DNA of 64,000 nt, taken from positions 29,698 to 93,697 of the forward strand of contig CAJWHM010000001.1 of assembly GCA_913041125.1 (NCBI GenBank). Direction: 5' to 3'. The notes under the pieces were generated by a model, which ran no database searches, was not told the DNA's origin, and saw nothing but the letters and a program-made list of their open reading frames with translations. A program made the translations under genes and the position numbers. The stretch is from an uncultured Bacteroidota bacterium (lineage in GTDB: Bacteria > Bacteroidota > Bacteroidia > Flavobacteriales > Flavobacteriaceae). The stretch's first letter is position 1. Every line of letters starts with the position of its first letter. This document shows, piece after piece, positions 45,664 through 55,144 of the stretch.

Positions 45664-46587
45664 ATGAAGAAAATTATTATACTTACGTTCCTTTTAATTC
45701 CTCTTTCATCTTTTACACAAAAAAATAATAACGGAAAAGTTTATGATAAACACCCAGCTATTGACAAGGTAAATAAATTTACCAGTGCATGGATTAGTGG
45801 TGATACTGAAACATTAAAAAGTCTCACAGGTGATAATTTTAAAATGGGTAGTTCTATGAATAACAATCCTAACTATAAGGGGGGTGATATTAATAACCTT
45901 GTTGGACAGTCACGTTGGATGAGTAATAATTTTGTAAATATATCATTAAAGGACAGAGGGCAAGCATACTCGGATGCTATTGAGTATAAAAGATCTGGAC
46001 TGTTTGTTCAAACTTTTCAAGAATTTATTGCTTGGGATAAGAACAATGGTTTTAAAATTAAAACACCTTTTAATGCAACTTTTGTATTCGATAAAAAAGG
46101 AGAAAAAATAATTCGTTTTTGGTGGTCTGACAACCAGGCAGTGTGGCAAAAATGGAACTTATCAAGACAAACTATTAAAAATGGTACAATCTATAAAGAT
46201 CATCCTTACATAGGAAAAGTCCGTCAAATTTGGTTCAATTTGGCAATGGGAAATATAGATGAAGTTTGGAAAGACTTCTCTCCGAATTCAAGAATATATG
46301 ATCTTAACTTAATAGATAAAGATTATAATAATTTAACTGATCATCAGAAATACGTAGGTGAAGTTTTTAGTAAATATGATTTAATATCAATTGATGAAGT
46401 TGGCTATCCTGACTACATTGACTACGAAGGAGACGGAGGTACTGTTTTGGCTTGGTATAATATGATTGTGAAAAATAAAAAAACAAAGAAAAATATTACA
46501 TTAAAATTTCATTCTCAACATGATTTTAATGAAGAGGGAATAATTGTTACGGAGTATTTATATTATAATGCTAATCTGCTGAAATAA
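45664..46587 (+). CDS. hypothetical secreted protein (possibly tandem NTF2/SnoaL-like domains)
   Basis: Signal peptide. Two segments begin with SnoaL-like helices (VNKFTSAWISGDTETLKSL and VRQIWFNLAMGNIDEVWKDF). Confidence 0.55.
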   Translation: MKKIIILTFLLIPLSSFTQKNNNGKVYDKHPAIDKVNKFTSAWISGDTETLKSLTGDNFKMGSSMNNNPNYKGGDINNLVGQSRWMSNNFVNISLKDRGQAYSDAIEYKRSGLFVQTFQEFIAWDKNNGFKIKTPFNATFVFDKKGEKIIRFWWSDNQAVWQKWNLSRQTIKNGTIYKDHPYIGKVRQIWFNLAMGNIDEVWKDFSPNSRIYDLNLIDKDYNNLTDHQKYVGEVFSKYDLISIDEVGYPDYIDYEGDGGTVLAWYNMIVKNKKTKKNITLKFHSQHDFNEEGIIVTEYLYYNANLLK

Positions 46588-46632
46588 TATTCTATTCCCT
46601 TATTTCGATATTATGTTTTTATTATTTAAAAA

Positions 46633-47187
46633 TTGAAAAAAATATTCTTATTTTTTTTTCATTCCCTAATTATAGCTCAACAAGCACAACACCAAGATAA
46701 TTACGGATATGATGGACCTAGAAGGTTCCAGTACCCTTCTGAAGATATAAATTCTTTATGGGAAAAAATAGGAGATGATAGATTTTATCATAATAAATTT
46801 TTACCATCTATAATTAACGGAAATAAGGTTAAAGTTAAATTTGATGCATACTCTGATTTAATGTATGTGAATTTTCGCCCAAATTGGAACGAATATATTT
46901 CACCCAGCTCAAATGATTTAATTATATTATTAGACAATAAGGAACCTTGGATTGCATTTAATCAAAAATGGTACAGACTATTATTTAGAGATGGAAATTC
47001 ATCTTATTTATACAAGCCAATTAAAGAGTTATTTCAAGAAAGAGAAGCTTCTTCCGGTTATCAAAGAAATGAGCCACCAGAATTCAAATTAGAAGAAAAA
47101 TATTTTATTTTAAAAGACGGAGAATTAAGTAAGCTTAAAAGAAAGGAGATCAAAAAGCTTGCCTTAGAAAAAATAATAAAAGGTTAA
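46633..47187 (+). CDS. hypothetical secreted protein
   Basis: TTG start, signal-like N-terminus. No domain recognised. Confidence 0.45.
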   Translation: MKKIFLFFFHSLIIAQQAQHQDNYGYDGPRRFQYPSEDINSLWEKIGDDRFYHNKFLPSIINGNKVKVKFDAYSDLMYVNFRPNWNEYISPSSNDLIILLDNKEPWIAFNQKWYRLLFRDGNSSYLYKPIKELFQEREASSGYQRNEPPEFKLEEKYFILKDGELSKLKRKEIKKLALEKIIKG

Positions 47188-47223
47188 AATATTACATAAT
47201 CAATGTAATTTATAAATGATAAA

Positions 47224-48207
47224 TCATGTATTCTCCATTGGATATAATATTTTATTTTGTTCTCTGATCTCATCCATTAACACTACTAGGTCTAAAGTGT
47301 TTTTTTGAGTCCAAAGGGGGGATTGGATATAACCTTTTCGTAAACAATTATTCGCTTCTTCTATTTCATATGAATAACCTTTACCTTTGAAATTAAAATT
47401 ACGCTTTAATCTCTTTTCTCCTCTCACAAGGGTTAAAGAAGGTGATTCATGCCATCTTGAGTCAATATAAATTTCTCCTTTTTCACCGCATATTCTAGCT
47501 ATCATTTCTTCATTATGAGAAAAGCTTGAATATAAAACAGCGTGTGAATTCTCATATGATAATAAAATACCGATTTGCTTATCAACACCACTACTAGTTT
47601 TTATCGCGTTAGATTTTATATCTTTTGGCTTACCTAAAACTAAATAAGCAAGAAATAGTGGATATATTCCTATATCTAAAAGGCTACCTCCAGCTTTGTG
47701 AGGATTAAATAAACGTGAATCAATACTCCTTTTTAAGCCATTAAAACTAAAAGAAGCATTAATATAACGTATCGGGCCAATCATATCTTCTTTTAACCAA
47801 CTTAAGAGTTGCTTAAAGGTTGGATTAAACCTAGTCCACAATGCCTCCATTAAAAATGAACTGTTCTTTTTTGAACACTTAATTAGGTTCTGAACTTGAC
47901 TTTTATTTATTGCCAAGGGTTTTTCACACAAAACAGCTTTTTTATTTGATAGTGCTTCAAAAGAATATTTGTAATGGTCTTGATTTAGGGTAGCTACATA
48001 TATAATATCAATTTCTTTATCTAAAATTAATTTTTGGTAGTTATTATAAAATTTTTTTACATTAAATTCTACTGCGAATTTTTCTGCTACTTGTTCTCTA
48101 GAAGAGGCCACTCCATAAAGTTTACATCCATTAACTTTTGATAAGTCTGTAGCAAATTTATGAGCAATATTGCCTAGACCAAGTATTCCCCACCTAATTA
48201 CTTCCAT
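47224..48207 (-). CDS. Gfo/Idh/MocA-family NAD(P)-dependent oxidoreductase
   Basis: IRWGILGLGNIAHKF Rossmann N-terminus and the EKP motif (LCEKPLA). Confidence 0.85.
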   Translation of the reverse strand: MEVIRWGILGLGNIAHKFATDLSKVNGCKLYGVASSREQVAEKFAVEFNVKKFYNNYQKLILDKEIDIIYVATLNQDHYKYSFEALSNKKAVLCEKPLAINKSQVQNLIKCSKKNSSFLMEALWTRFNPTFKQLLSWLKEDMIGPIRYINASFSFNGLKRSIDSRLFNPHKAGGSLLDIGIYPLFLAYLVLGKPKDIKSNAIKTSSGVDKQIGILLSYENSHAVLYSSFSHNEEMIARICGEKGEIYIDSRWHESPSLTLVRGEKRLKRNFNFKGKGYSYEIEEANNCLRKGYIQSPLWTQKNTLDLVVLMDEIREQNKILYPMENT

Positions 48208-48935
48208 TATTGGCGTATTAGATCAAATAAATTACCAATAGAAAGTTGCTGCTTAGATGTAAATCCTTCACCCGCAGAAGTTCCAATAATGCGTCCTAAG
48301 TTTTGTGCTCTATATTTTACACTCTCAATAAAGTTTTTACTACTAATTGGAGTTTCAATTTCTCCTGAATGTGGATTATAAAATTGACTTTTAAAAGCAC
48401 TTACCGCTTGAAGTTTTTTGTCTAAATGACTAGAAATATCTAAAATAATATCTGGCTCTAAATCATCCCATTGGATGTACTCAAGGATTAATTTTGGCCT
48501 CCATGAATCCTGAATAGCTCCTGTACTATCAAAAGTTTCGATTTTATTTAATCCGCTTAAAAAACATGATTCATTTACTAATTTATTTCCTTTACTATGA
48601 TCTATATGTCTATCCCTAAAAGCGTTGCAGAGGACTATTTTTGGTTTAAATGATCTTATTTTTTTAATGACAGCAATCTGGTGGGATTCGTCATTTTTAA
48701 AAAATCCATCTTTAAATTTTAAGTTTTCACGGTATTTAATATTTAAAATATTTGCCGCATTTTGAGCTTCTTTTTTTCTTTTTTGAACATCACCCCTTGT
48801 CCCCAATTCACCTTCCGTAAGATCAATTATAGCGACGGATTTCCCTTGACTAATAGAAAGAGATAGTGTTCCTGCACAACCTAATTCCACATCATCTGGA
48901 TGGGCTCCAAAAGCTAAAATATCAACTTGAGTCAT
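48207..48935 (-). CDS. bshB1: PIG-L family deacetylase, bacillithiol biosynthesis BshB1-like
   Basis: ILAFGAHPDDVELGCAGT, HIDH and the length or layout of BshB1. The gene symbol is an inference from family resemblance. Confidence 0.7.
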   Translation of the reverse strand: MTQVDILAFGAHPDDVELGCAGTLSLSISQGKSVAIIDLTEGELGTRGDVQKRKKEAQNAANILNIKYRENLKFKDGFFKNDESHQIAVIKKIRSFKPKIVLCNAFRDRHIDHSKGNKLVNESCFLSGLNKIETFDSTGAIQDSWRPKLILEYIQWDDLEPDIILDISSHLDKKLQAVSAFKSQFYNPHSGEIETPISSKNFIESVKYRAQNLGRIIGTSAGEGFTSKQQLSIGNLFDLIRQ

Positions 48936-50095
48936 GAAATAATTCTTATGGTATTTAATAAATCATTTTTTAAATCGTCGAAAGACTCAATACCAGTTGA
49001 AAATCGAATCAATTGAGAATTGATTCCCTGCTGCTCCCTCTCATCATCAGTCAATAGAGCATGAGAAGTCAATCTAGGGCTTAGGGCAGTACTTTCTATT
49101 CCAGCAAGACTCATAGTAGGCTTAATTAAATTCAGATTAAGAAGGAATTTTTTAGAATCTATTTCTGGAACTAATTCAAATGATAACATGCCCCCAAAAC
49201 CATTCATTTGCTTTACAGCTATATTATGATTTGGATGATGATTCAAACCTGGATAGTAAACTTTCGAAATCCACGATTCATTGTCTAAGAATTCTGCTAT
49301 TTTTAATGCATTCTCATTCTGAGCTTGAACTCGTAAAAAAAGAGTTTTTATGCTTCTTTCTAATAACCAAACAGTCATTTCACTCAGACTACCTCCAAGG
49401 TTCTTTGCTAAATTGTAAATTTTTTTAATTCTTTTTTTAGAACCCAATACGGCCCCTGCACATATATCACTATGACCTCCTAAATATTTCGTAGCACTAT
49501 GGAGCACTATGTCAATTCCATATTTTATTGGATTTTGATTTACTGGACTTGCAAATGTATTATCAATCATTGTCCAGATATTTTTGTCTTTAGCAAGCTC
49601 ACTTATTGAAGATAAATCTACTATTTTTAAAGTTGGATTACTTGGGGTTTCAATATAAATGCCTTTTGTATTAGCCTTTATTTCATTTTCAAAATCAATG
49701 ACTAATATTCCATTGGTAAAACTAAATTCTATTCCATACTTTGGAAATTCTTTTTTTATAAAATTACGAGTACCACCATATAAATCGTTTTGAAATATTA
49801 CATGATCTCCATATTTTAAATGTGATAGTAGTGCGTTAGATATTGCAGACATACCCGAACTAAAGATAAGTCCAGCTTCAGCTGCTTCTAATGAGGCAAT
49901 CTTTTTTGCTAAACCTATCTGATTTGGTGTGTTAAAATATCTTGGATACTGATTAAATTCAACATCTGTGAATTTATATGATGTAGACATGAAAATCGGT
50001 GATGTTGCACCCCCATACTGTTTATCAACAAGTTCACCAGCATGAACACACTTAGTTTTAAATTTTTCTTCTCCTTTCATTAATTTTCTATCCAT
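48932..50095 (-). CDS. PLP-dependent trans-sulfuration enzyme (cystathionine gamma-synthase/lyase family)
   Basis: SATKYLGGHSD PLP-lysine motif and the Cys/Met-metabolism family layout. A start at 50080 (TAATG overlap with gpx) is equally possible. Confidence 0.85.
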   Translation of the reverse strand: MDRKLMKGEEKFKTKCVHAGELVDKQYGGATSPIFMSTSYKFTDVEFNQYPRYFNTPNQIGLAKKIASLEAAEAGLIFSSGMSAISNALLSHLKYGDHVIFQNDLYGGTRNFIKKEFPKYGIEFSFTNGILVIDFENEIKANTKGIYIETPSNPTLKIVDLSSISELAKDKNIWTMIDNTFASPVNQNPIKYGIDIVLHSATKYLGGHSDICAGAVLGSKKRIKKIYNLAKNLGGSLSEMTVWLLERSIKTLFLRVQAQNENALKIAEFLDNESWISKVYYPGLNHHPNHNIAVKQMNGFGGMLSFELVPEIDSKKFLLNLNLIKPTMSLAGIESTALSPRLTSHALLTDDEREQQGINSQLIRFSTGIESFDDLKNDLLNTIRIIS

Positions 50096-50631
50096 GTTAT
50101 AACTGAAGGGTCATTAGGTTGGGTTCTAGGAGATAATACTTTAGCTAATTTTCCATCAGAGCTAATTAGATACTTTTGAAAATTCCATGAGACACTTGAA
50201 CTAATAACACCGTTCTTTGATTCTTGTGTAAGAAACTGATAGATGGGATGCATATTCTTTCCCCTAACTGAAATTTTACTCATCATTGGAAACGTTACAC
50301 CATAGTTTTTTTCACAAAAAATGGCAATTTCTTCATTTGAACCTGGTTCTTGGAAAAGAAAGTTATTAGCTGGAAAACCAATAATTACAAAGTTTTTATC
50401 AATATACTTTTCGTAAAGGGCTTGAAGTTTTTTATATTGTGGTGTGAGACCACACTTAGATGCAGTGTTAACAATCATGATTTTTTTCCCTTTCAGACTA
50501 TTAAAATCAAATATATCTCCTTCTAAGTTTGTTACCTTGAATTTATATATGGTCTTTTCTTGGTCTATTTGAGCAGTTGAATTAAATGATGTAATCATAA
50601 ATATTAAAATAGGTAGTTTTCTAAATATCAT
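50080..50631 (-). CDS. glutathione peroxidase family protein (Cys type)
   Basis: NTASKCGLTPQY, GFPANNF and WNFQKYL motifs. N-terminal signal-like segment. Confidence 0.85.
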   Translation of the reverse strand: MIFRKLPILIFMITSFNSTAQIDQEKTIYKFKVTNLEGDIFDFNSLKGKKIMIVNTASKCGLTPQYKKLQALYEKYIDKNFVIIGFPANNFLFQEPGSNEEIAIFCEKNYGVTFPMMSKISVRGKNMHPIYQFLTQESKNGVISSSVSWNFQKYLISSDGKLAKVLSPRTQPNDPSVITWIEN

Positions 50632-50751
50632 TGCCAGTTTTTAATCAATAGATGAAAGAAGATCAATAGATATTGAAAATCCATTGATTTGTTCTTAACA
50701 ATTTTTTTTTCAAAGGTCGCAGATTTATTTTAAAGAAAAAAATCTTATTAA

Positions 50752-51036
50752 TTAAACTACCTCAGCACTTAATCCAGCTTCAAGTAGAGCTTTACACTTA
50801 GGAACTAATTCTTCTAGTAAACCCGTTTTTACTACACATTTACCTGAATAATGAACTATATAAGCACATTGTTCAGCTTGAATATAAGTGTGCTCACAAA
50901 TTTTAACCAGACACTCTATAACATGATCAAAAGTGTTCACATCATCGTTATATAAAATTATTTCATGTTCCCTAGACTCAAGAATAGATATGTCTTCTAT
51001 TTCTTTTGGCTTAATATTTGGATCTTTATCAGGCAT
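50752..51036 (-). CDS. clpS: ATP-dependent Clp protease adaptor ClpS
   Basis: 94 aa. ILYNDDVNTFDHVIECLVKICEH...AEQCAYIVHYSGKCVV. Confidence 0.85.
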   Translation of the reverse strand: MPDKDPNIKPKEIEDISILESREHEIILYNDDVNTFDHVIECLVKICEHTYIQAEQCAYIVHYSGKCVVKTGLLEELVPKCKALLEAGLSAEVV

Positions 51037-51862
51037 AATTAAATCTTAATGAACACCAGTCATTTTTTTGTTTTTGATCTGTCAAATATAAACCGAACCT
51101 TTTACACTTATTTTTAATCTTAAGAATGTCTTTGACATAAAAGCCTGATAGAATTAAATCACCATTTAAATTTAAAGAATTTGAATAATCTGGAATCTGT
51201 TGGATTAATACATTAAGATTTATGTTTGCAAAAATTACATCATAAAGAGTTTTTTTTTGATCAATCTTATCATCAAAAATTAAATTTATATTATCGCATT
51301 TATTAATTTGTATGTTTTCTTTTGAGCTTTCTATACATGCTGGATTATTGTCTATTGCATCAATTTTATCTGCACCAAGTTTAGAGGCTAAAATTGCTAA
51401 TATACTTGTTCCACACCCCATATCTAATATCGATTTGTCTTTTAAATTTATTTTTAAAGCAAACTTCATCATCATAAAAGTTGTTTCGTGATGACCAGTC
51501 CCAAAACTCATTCTTGGGTTAATAACAAGTTCATATTTTTTACCAAACTTCTCGTGGAAATCAGCTCTAATTAAACAGTTTGAATCAATTTCGATGGGTT
51601 TAAAATTTTTTTCCCATTTTAGATTCCAGTTTTCAAAAGGAATTTTTCTTGATTTTAATTCAATTTTAATTGCATCATTACTGAAAAGATCGATCTTATT
51701 TAAAAGAGATTCTCTGAATTCCAACTCTTTAATATAGGCATTAATTCCGTTTTTTGTAATCTCAAAGCTTTCAAATGGTAAATTTTGTAGTTGCGCAAAC
51801 AAAATCTCAGTCCAAGGCTCTTTCGGAACAACTCTAAAATGCAAACCTAAATAGGTATCCAT
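51029..51862 (-). CDS. prmA: ribosomal protein L11 methyltransferase
   Basis: INPRMSFGTGHHETT and SAM motif LDMGCGTSILAI. Confidence 0.85.
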   Translation of the reverse strand: MDTYLGLHFRVVPKEPWTEILFAQLQNLPFESFEITKNGINAYIKELEFRESLLNKIDLFSNDAIKIELKSRKIPFENWNLKWEKNFKPIEIDSNCLIRADFHEKFGKKYELVINPRMSFGTGHHETTFMMMKFALKINLKDKSILDMGCGTSILAILASKLGADKIDAIDNNPACIESSKENIQINKCDNINLIFDDKIDQKKTLYDVIFANINLNVLIQQIPDYSNSLNLNGDLILSGFYVKDILKIKNKCKRFGLYLTDQKQKNDWCSLRFNYA

Positions 51863-52611
51863 TAAAACGCATTTACAATAGCCATAAAATCGTCTGCATT
51901 AAGTGATGCACCTCCAATTAAGCCACCATTAACATCTGAACCTTTAAATATTTCTTTAACATTACTTGGTTTTACACTACCACCGTATAATATAGATACA
52001 TTATTTGCCAAATTATCATTATATCTATTTGAAATAATTTTTCGGATATAAGCATGCATTTCTTGTGCTTGAGAAGGAGAAGCTGTCTCACCTGTTCCAA
52101 TAGCCCATACCGGCTCATACGCTAAAACTATTTTTTTCCAATCTAATTCAGACATATTAAAAAGAGTGCTACTAAGTTGTTTATTAATAATCTCAAATTG
52201 TCGGCCAGATTTACGATCATCAAGTTCTTCTCCAAAACAAAATATTATTTCCATATCTGATTCAATTGCAGATTTTACTTTATTATTTAGTATTTCATCT
52301 GATTCATGATACAAGGATCTTCTTTCAGAGTGCCCAATAATTACAGAATTTACTCCTATTGATTTTAGCATTGCAGCTGAAACTTCTCCAGTAAAAGCAC
52401 CTGAAGAAGCTGCATTCATATTTTGAGCTGCGACACTAATTTGTGTACCCTTCAGCATTTGAATACTTTGGTCTAAGTGAGTATATGATGGGGCAACAAT
52501 AACGCGAACATCGTCTGGAATTTTGTAAGAATTTAATTTATTCAAAAGGCTTTTTGTTTGCTCTTTATCATTATTCATTTTCCAATTACCTGCTACAATT
52601 TTGTTCTTCAT
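51862..52611 (-). CDS. tpiA: triosephosphate isomerase
   Basis: AGNWKMN, IIGHSERR, YEPVWAIGTG and GGSV motifs. Confidence 0.95.
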   Translation of the reverse strand: MKNKIVAGNWKMNNDKEQTKSLLNKLNSYKIPDDVRVIVAPSYTHLDQSIQMLKGTQISVAAQNMNAASSGAFTGEVSAAMLKSIGVNSVIIGHSERRSLYHESDEILNNKVKSAIESDMEIIFCFGEELDDRKSGRQFEIINKQLSSTLFNMSELDWKKIVLAYEPVWAIGTGETASPSQAQEMHAYIRKIISNRYNDNLANNVSILYGGSVKPSNVKEIFKGSDVNGGLIGGASLNADDFMAIVNAF

Positions 52612-52614
52612 AAG

Positions 52615-53688
52615 CTAAGTTATTTTAATTCTTGGATCCAAATATGTATATATTAAATCGACTACAATATTAATTATAATAAATAGAAAGGCAATCACAA
52701 TAACAGAACCCATTACAACTGGAATATCTAATTTATTCAATGCCTCTACAATTTCTTTTCCAAGTCCATTCCAACCAAAAATATATTCTACAAAAATTGA
52801 CCCTGCTAATAGTGAGGCAAACCAGCCTGATACTGCAGTTATTACGGGATTAATTGCATTTTTTAATGCATGTCTAAAAATTACTTGCTTTTTTGAAAGT
52901 CCCTTTGAATAAGCTGTTCTAATATAATCTTGAGATAATACCTCAATTAAATTATTTCGTATAAGTTGAGTAATTACAGCAAGAGGACGAATACCAAGAA
53001 CAATTGATGGTAGTATTAAATTTTTCCACATTACATTATGTGTTTCTCCTAAATCGTCTAATTCATAAAAACTTCCTGTCATATTTAATTGAGTGTAAGA
53101 ATTTAAAACGAAACCGAATAACCATGAGAATAAAATGGCACTAAAAAAAGATGGAATACTCATTCCCAAAGTACTTATTAGAAGAAGAATTCGGTCTATC
53201 AATTGGTCTTTATAAATTGTAGAAATTATCCCTAATAAAAGTCCAATAAAAACTGCAATAATCATTGATGATATTGCTAAAATTGCCGTATTAGGTAAAG
53301 TCTCTTTAATAATTTGATTAACTGGCTTGCCTAATTTTTGATAAGATGTTCTAAAGAAAGGTGATTTCAAAATCAATACATTATTATTCTTTTTAAATAG
53401 AATTTTACCTCCATAAACATGAGGGTCATAATGAGAAAAATTATTTTTATTTAGACTATGGAATGAAATTGGAGACAAGTCATTTAAATAATAAAAATAT
53501 TGATCAATTATTGGTAAATCAAAACCAAATTTTTTTCTAATTGATTTAATCTGTTCGCTATTTTCATTTTGATCTAACATCATTTGAGCTGGATCACCTG
53601 GAAGTACAGTGAATAAAAAAAATACTAATGTTGCAACACCAAATAGTGCAAAAAGTGAATGCAAAGCTTTACTTAATAAATAAAACAT
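52615..53688 (-). CDS. ABC transporter permease (DppB/OppB-like)
   Basis: 357 aa. N-terminal helix, large loop, EAA-like segment YIRTAYSKGLSKKQVIFRHALKNA. Confidence 0.8.
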   Translation of the reverse strand: MFYLLSKALHSLFALFGVATLVFFLFTVLPGDPAQMMLDQNENSEQIKSIRKKFGFDLPIIDQYFYYLNDLSPISFHSLNKNNFSHYDPHVYGGKILFKKNNNVLILKSPFFRTSYQKLGKPVNQIIKETLPNTAILAISSMIIAVFIGLLLGIISTIYKDQLIDRILLLISTLGMSIPSFFSAILFSWLFGFVLNSYTQLNMTGSFYELDDLGETHNVMWKNLILPSIVLGIRPLAVITQLIRNNLIEVLSQDYIRTAYSKGLSKKQVIFRHALKNAINPVITAVSGWFASLLAGSIFVEYIFGWNGLGKEIVEALNKLDIPVVMGSVIVIAFLFIIINIVVDLIYTYLDPRIKIT

Positions 53689-54224
53689 TATCTACTTAGG
53701 TGTATCAGTGCAAATATTGAATAATTAATCATATCATGATAATTAGCTTCTATACCCTCACTAACGAGTGTTTTTCCGTTATTTTCTTCAATTTGCTTCA
53801 CACGTAATAATTTTTGCAAGATTAAATCTGTTAATGAACTTACTCTCATTTCCTTCCATGCCTCTCCATAGTCATGGTTTTTATTTTGCATTAGTTCAAA
53901 TGTGATATTGATTTGTTCATCATAATTTTTTAAAGCTGATGAGGAATTTAAATCTGGATGGTCTACATGTCCAAGTTTTATTTGAATTAATGCCATTATA
54001 CTATAATTAATAATTCCAATAAATTCAGATTCCTGACCTTCATTGACTTTTCTGGTTTTATTCGTTTGCAGGCTCCTAATTCGTTGAGCTTTAATATATA
54101 TTTGATCTGTTAAGGAAGTTAACCTGAGTATTCGCCATGCAGAACCATAATCTTCAAGTTTTTTTTCAAAAAGGCTTCTGCATTGAAAAACAATTTTTTT
54201 ATACTCTTTTTCTGTAGCTTCCAT
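53688..54224 (-). CDS. DUF1599-like protein
   Basis: Two internal repeats (YGSAWRILRLTSLTDQIYIKAQRI and YGEAWKEMRVSSLTDLILQKLLRV). Divergent from folP, as I recall for this family. Confidence 0.6.
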   Translation of the reverse strand: MEATEKEYKKIVFQCRSLFEKKLEDYGSAWRILRLTSLTDQIYIKAQRIRSLQTNKTRKVNEGQESEFIGIINYSIMALIQIKLGHVDHPDLNSSSALKNYDEQINITFELMQNKNHDYGEAWKEMRVSSLTDLILQKLLRVKQIEENNGKTLVSEGIEANYHDMINYSIFALIHLSR

Positions 54225-54235
54225 TTAATTTAAGT

Positions 54236-55114
54236 TTGTATATATTTCTTAATTATTTAAAAATAAAAGTTATCAAAAATAATACTTCATCTCATTTAAT
54301 TCGTATACGTGAACAATTAATTGAATTAACTACACCCAAAATTATGGGTATTTTAAATTTAACAGATAATTCATTTTATGACGGAGGAAAGTACAACTCA
54401 ATAAAATCTGCAATTTTACAAACAAAGAAAATGATTGATGAGGGTGCATTTTTTATTGATATAGGTGTAGCTAGCAGTAAACCAGGTAGTAATATAATCA
54501 GTCCAAAGGATGAAATTAAAATTCTTGCACCTTATTTAAAGCATATTTTAAAGGAATTTCCTAATACTTTTTTTTCAATAGACACATATAATAGTCAAGT
54601 TGCAAAAATGAGTCTTGATCTTGGTGTTTCAATGATAAATGATATATCTGGAGGAGACATAGACCCTAAAATGTATTCTGTCGTTAGCGCATATATGGTT
54701 CCTTACCTCATGATGCACATGAAAGGTATGCCAAAAACAATGCAAAATCGTCCTATTTATGGTGATATTGTTAGCGAAGTAATTTATAGTTTTAGCAATA
54801 AAATAGAAAAAGCAAGATCATCTGGAATTAATGATATTTTGATTGATCCCGGTTTTGGTTTTGCAAAGAATATAAATCATAATTTTAATTTGTTAAATAA
54901 TTTGTCTTTACTTAATTCCTTAAAGTGTCCAATTGTTGTCGGGGTATCAAGAAAATCGATGATATACAAAACCTTAGGATGCAATCCGAAACAAGCTTTA
55001 AATGGAACAAGTGTATTAAATACATTGTGTTTAGACCGTGGAGCAAAAATATTAAGAGTTCATGATGTTAAGGAAGCAAAAGAATGCATTAGTTTATGGA
55101 CAATGCTGCATTAG
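54236..55114 (+). CDS. folP: dihydropteroate synthase
   Basis: IMGILNLTDNSFYDGG, IDIGVASSKPG, INDISGG, DPGFGFAK and VGVSRKS motifs. TTG start is uncertain. Confidence 0.9.
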   Translation: MYIFLNYLKIKVIKNNTSSHLIRIREQLIELTTPKIMGILNLTDNSFYDGGKYNSIKSAILQTKKMIDEGAFFIDIGVASSKPGSNIISPKDEIKILAPYLKHILKEFPNTFFSIDTYNSQVAKMSLDLGVSMINDISGGDIDPKMYSVVSAYMVPYLMMHMKGMPKTMQNRPIYGDIVSEVIYSFSNKIEKARSSGINDILIDPGFGFAKNINHNFNLLNNLSLLNSLKCPIVVGVSRKSMIYKTLGCNPKQALNGTSVLNTLCLDRGAKILRVHDVKEAKECISLWTMLH

Positions 55115-55144
55115 TTTTTTCTTAAATTTACAAAAAGTAAAATT

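Noticed and set aside
33281-47200. Classical integron or CALIN (attC array).
   Set aside because: No intI-like gene is present. The junction repeats lack the paired inverse-core RYYYAAC / core GTTRRRY boxes, and a GTTGGAT occurs in only one R4 copy (39649-39655). The repeats are far shorter and less palindromic than attC. The cassette-like idea is kept, but not the integron label.
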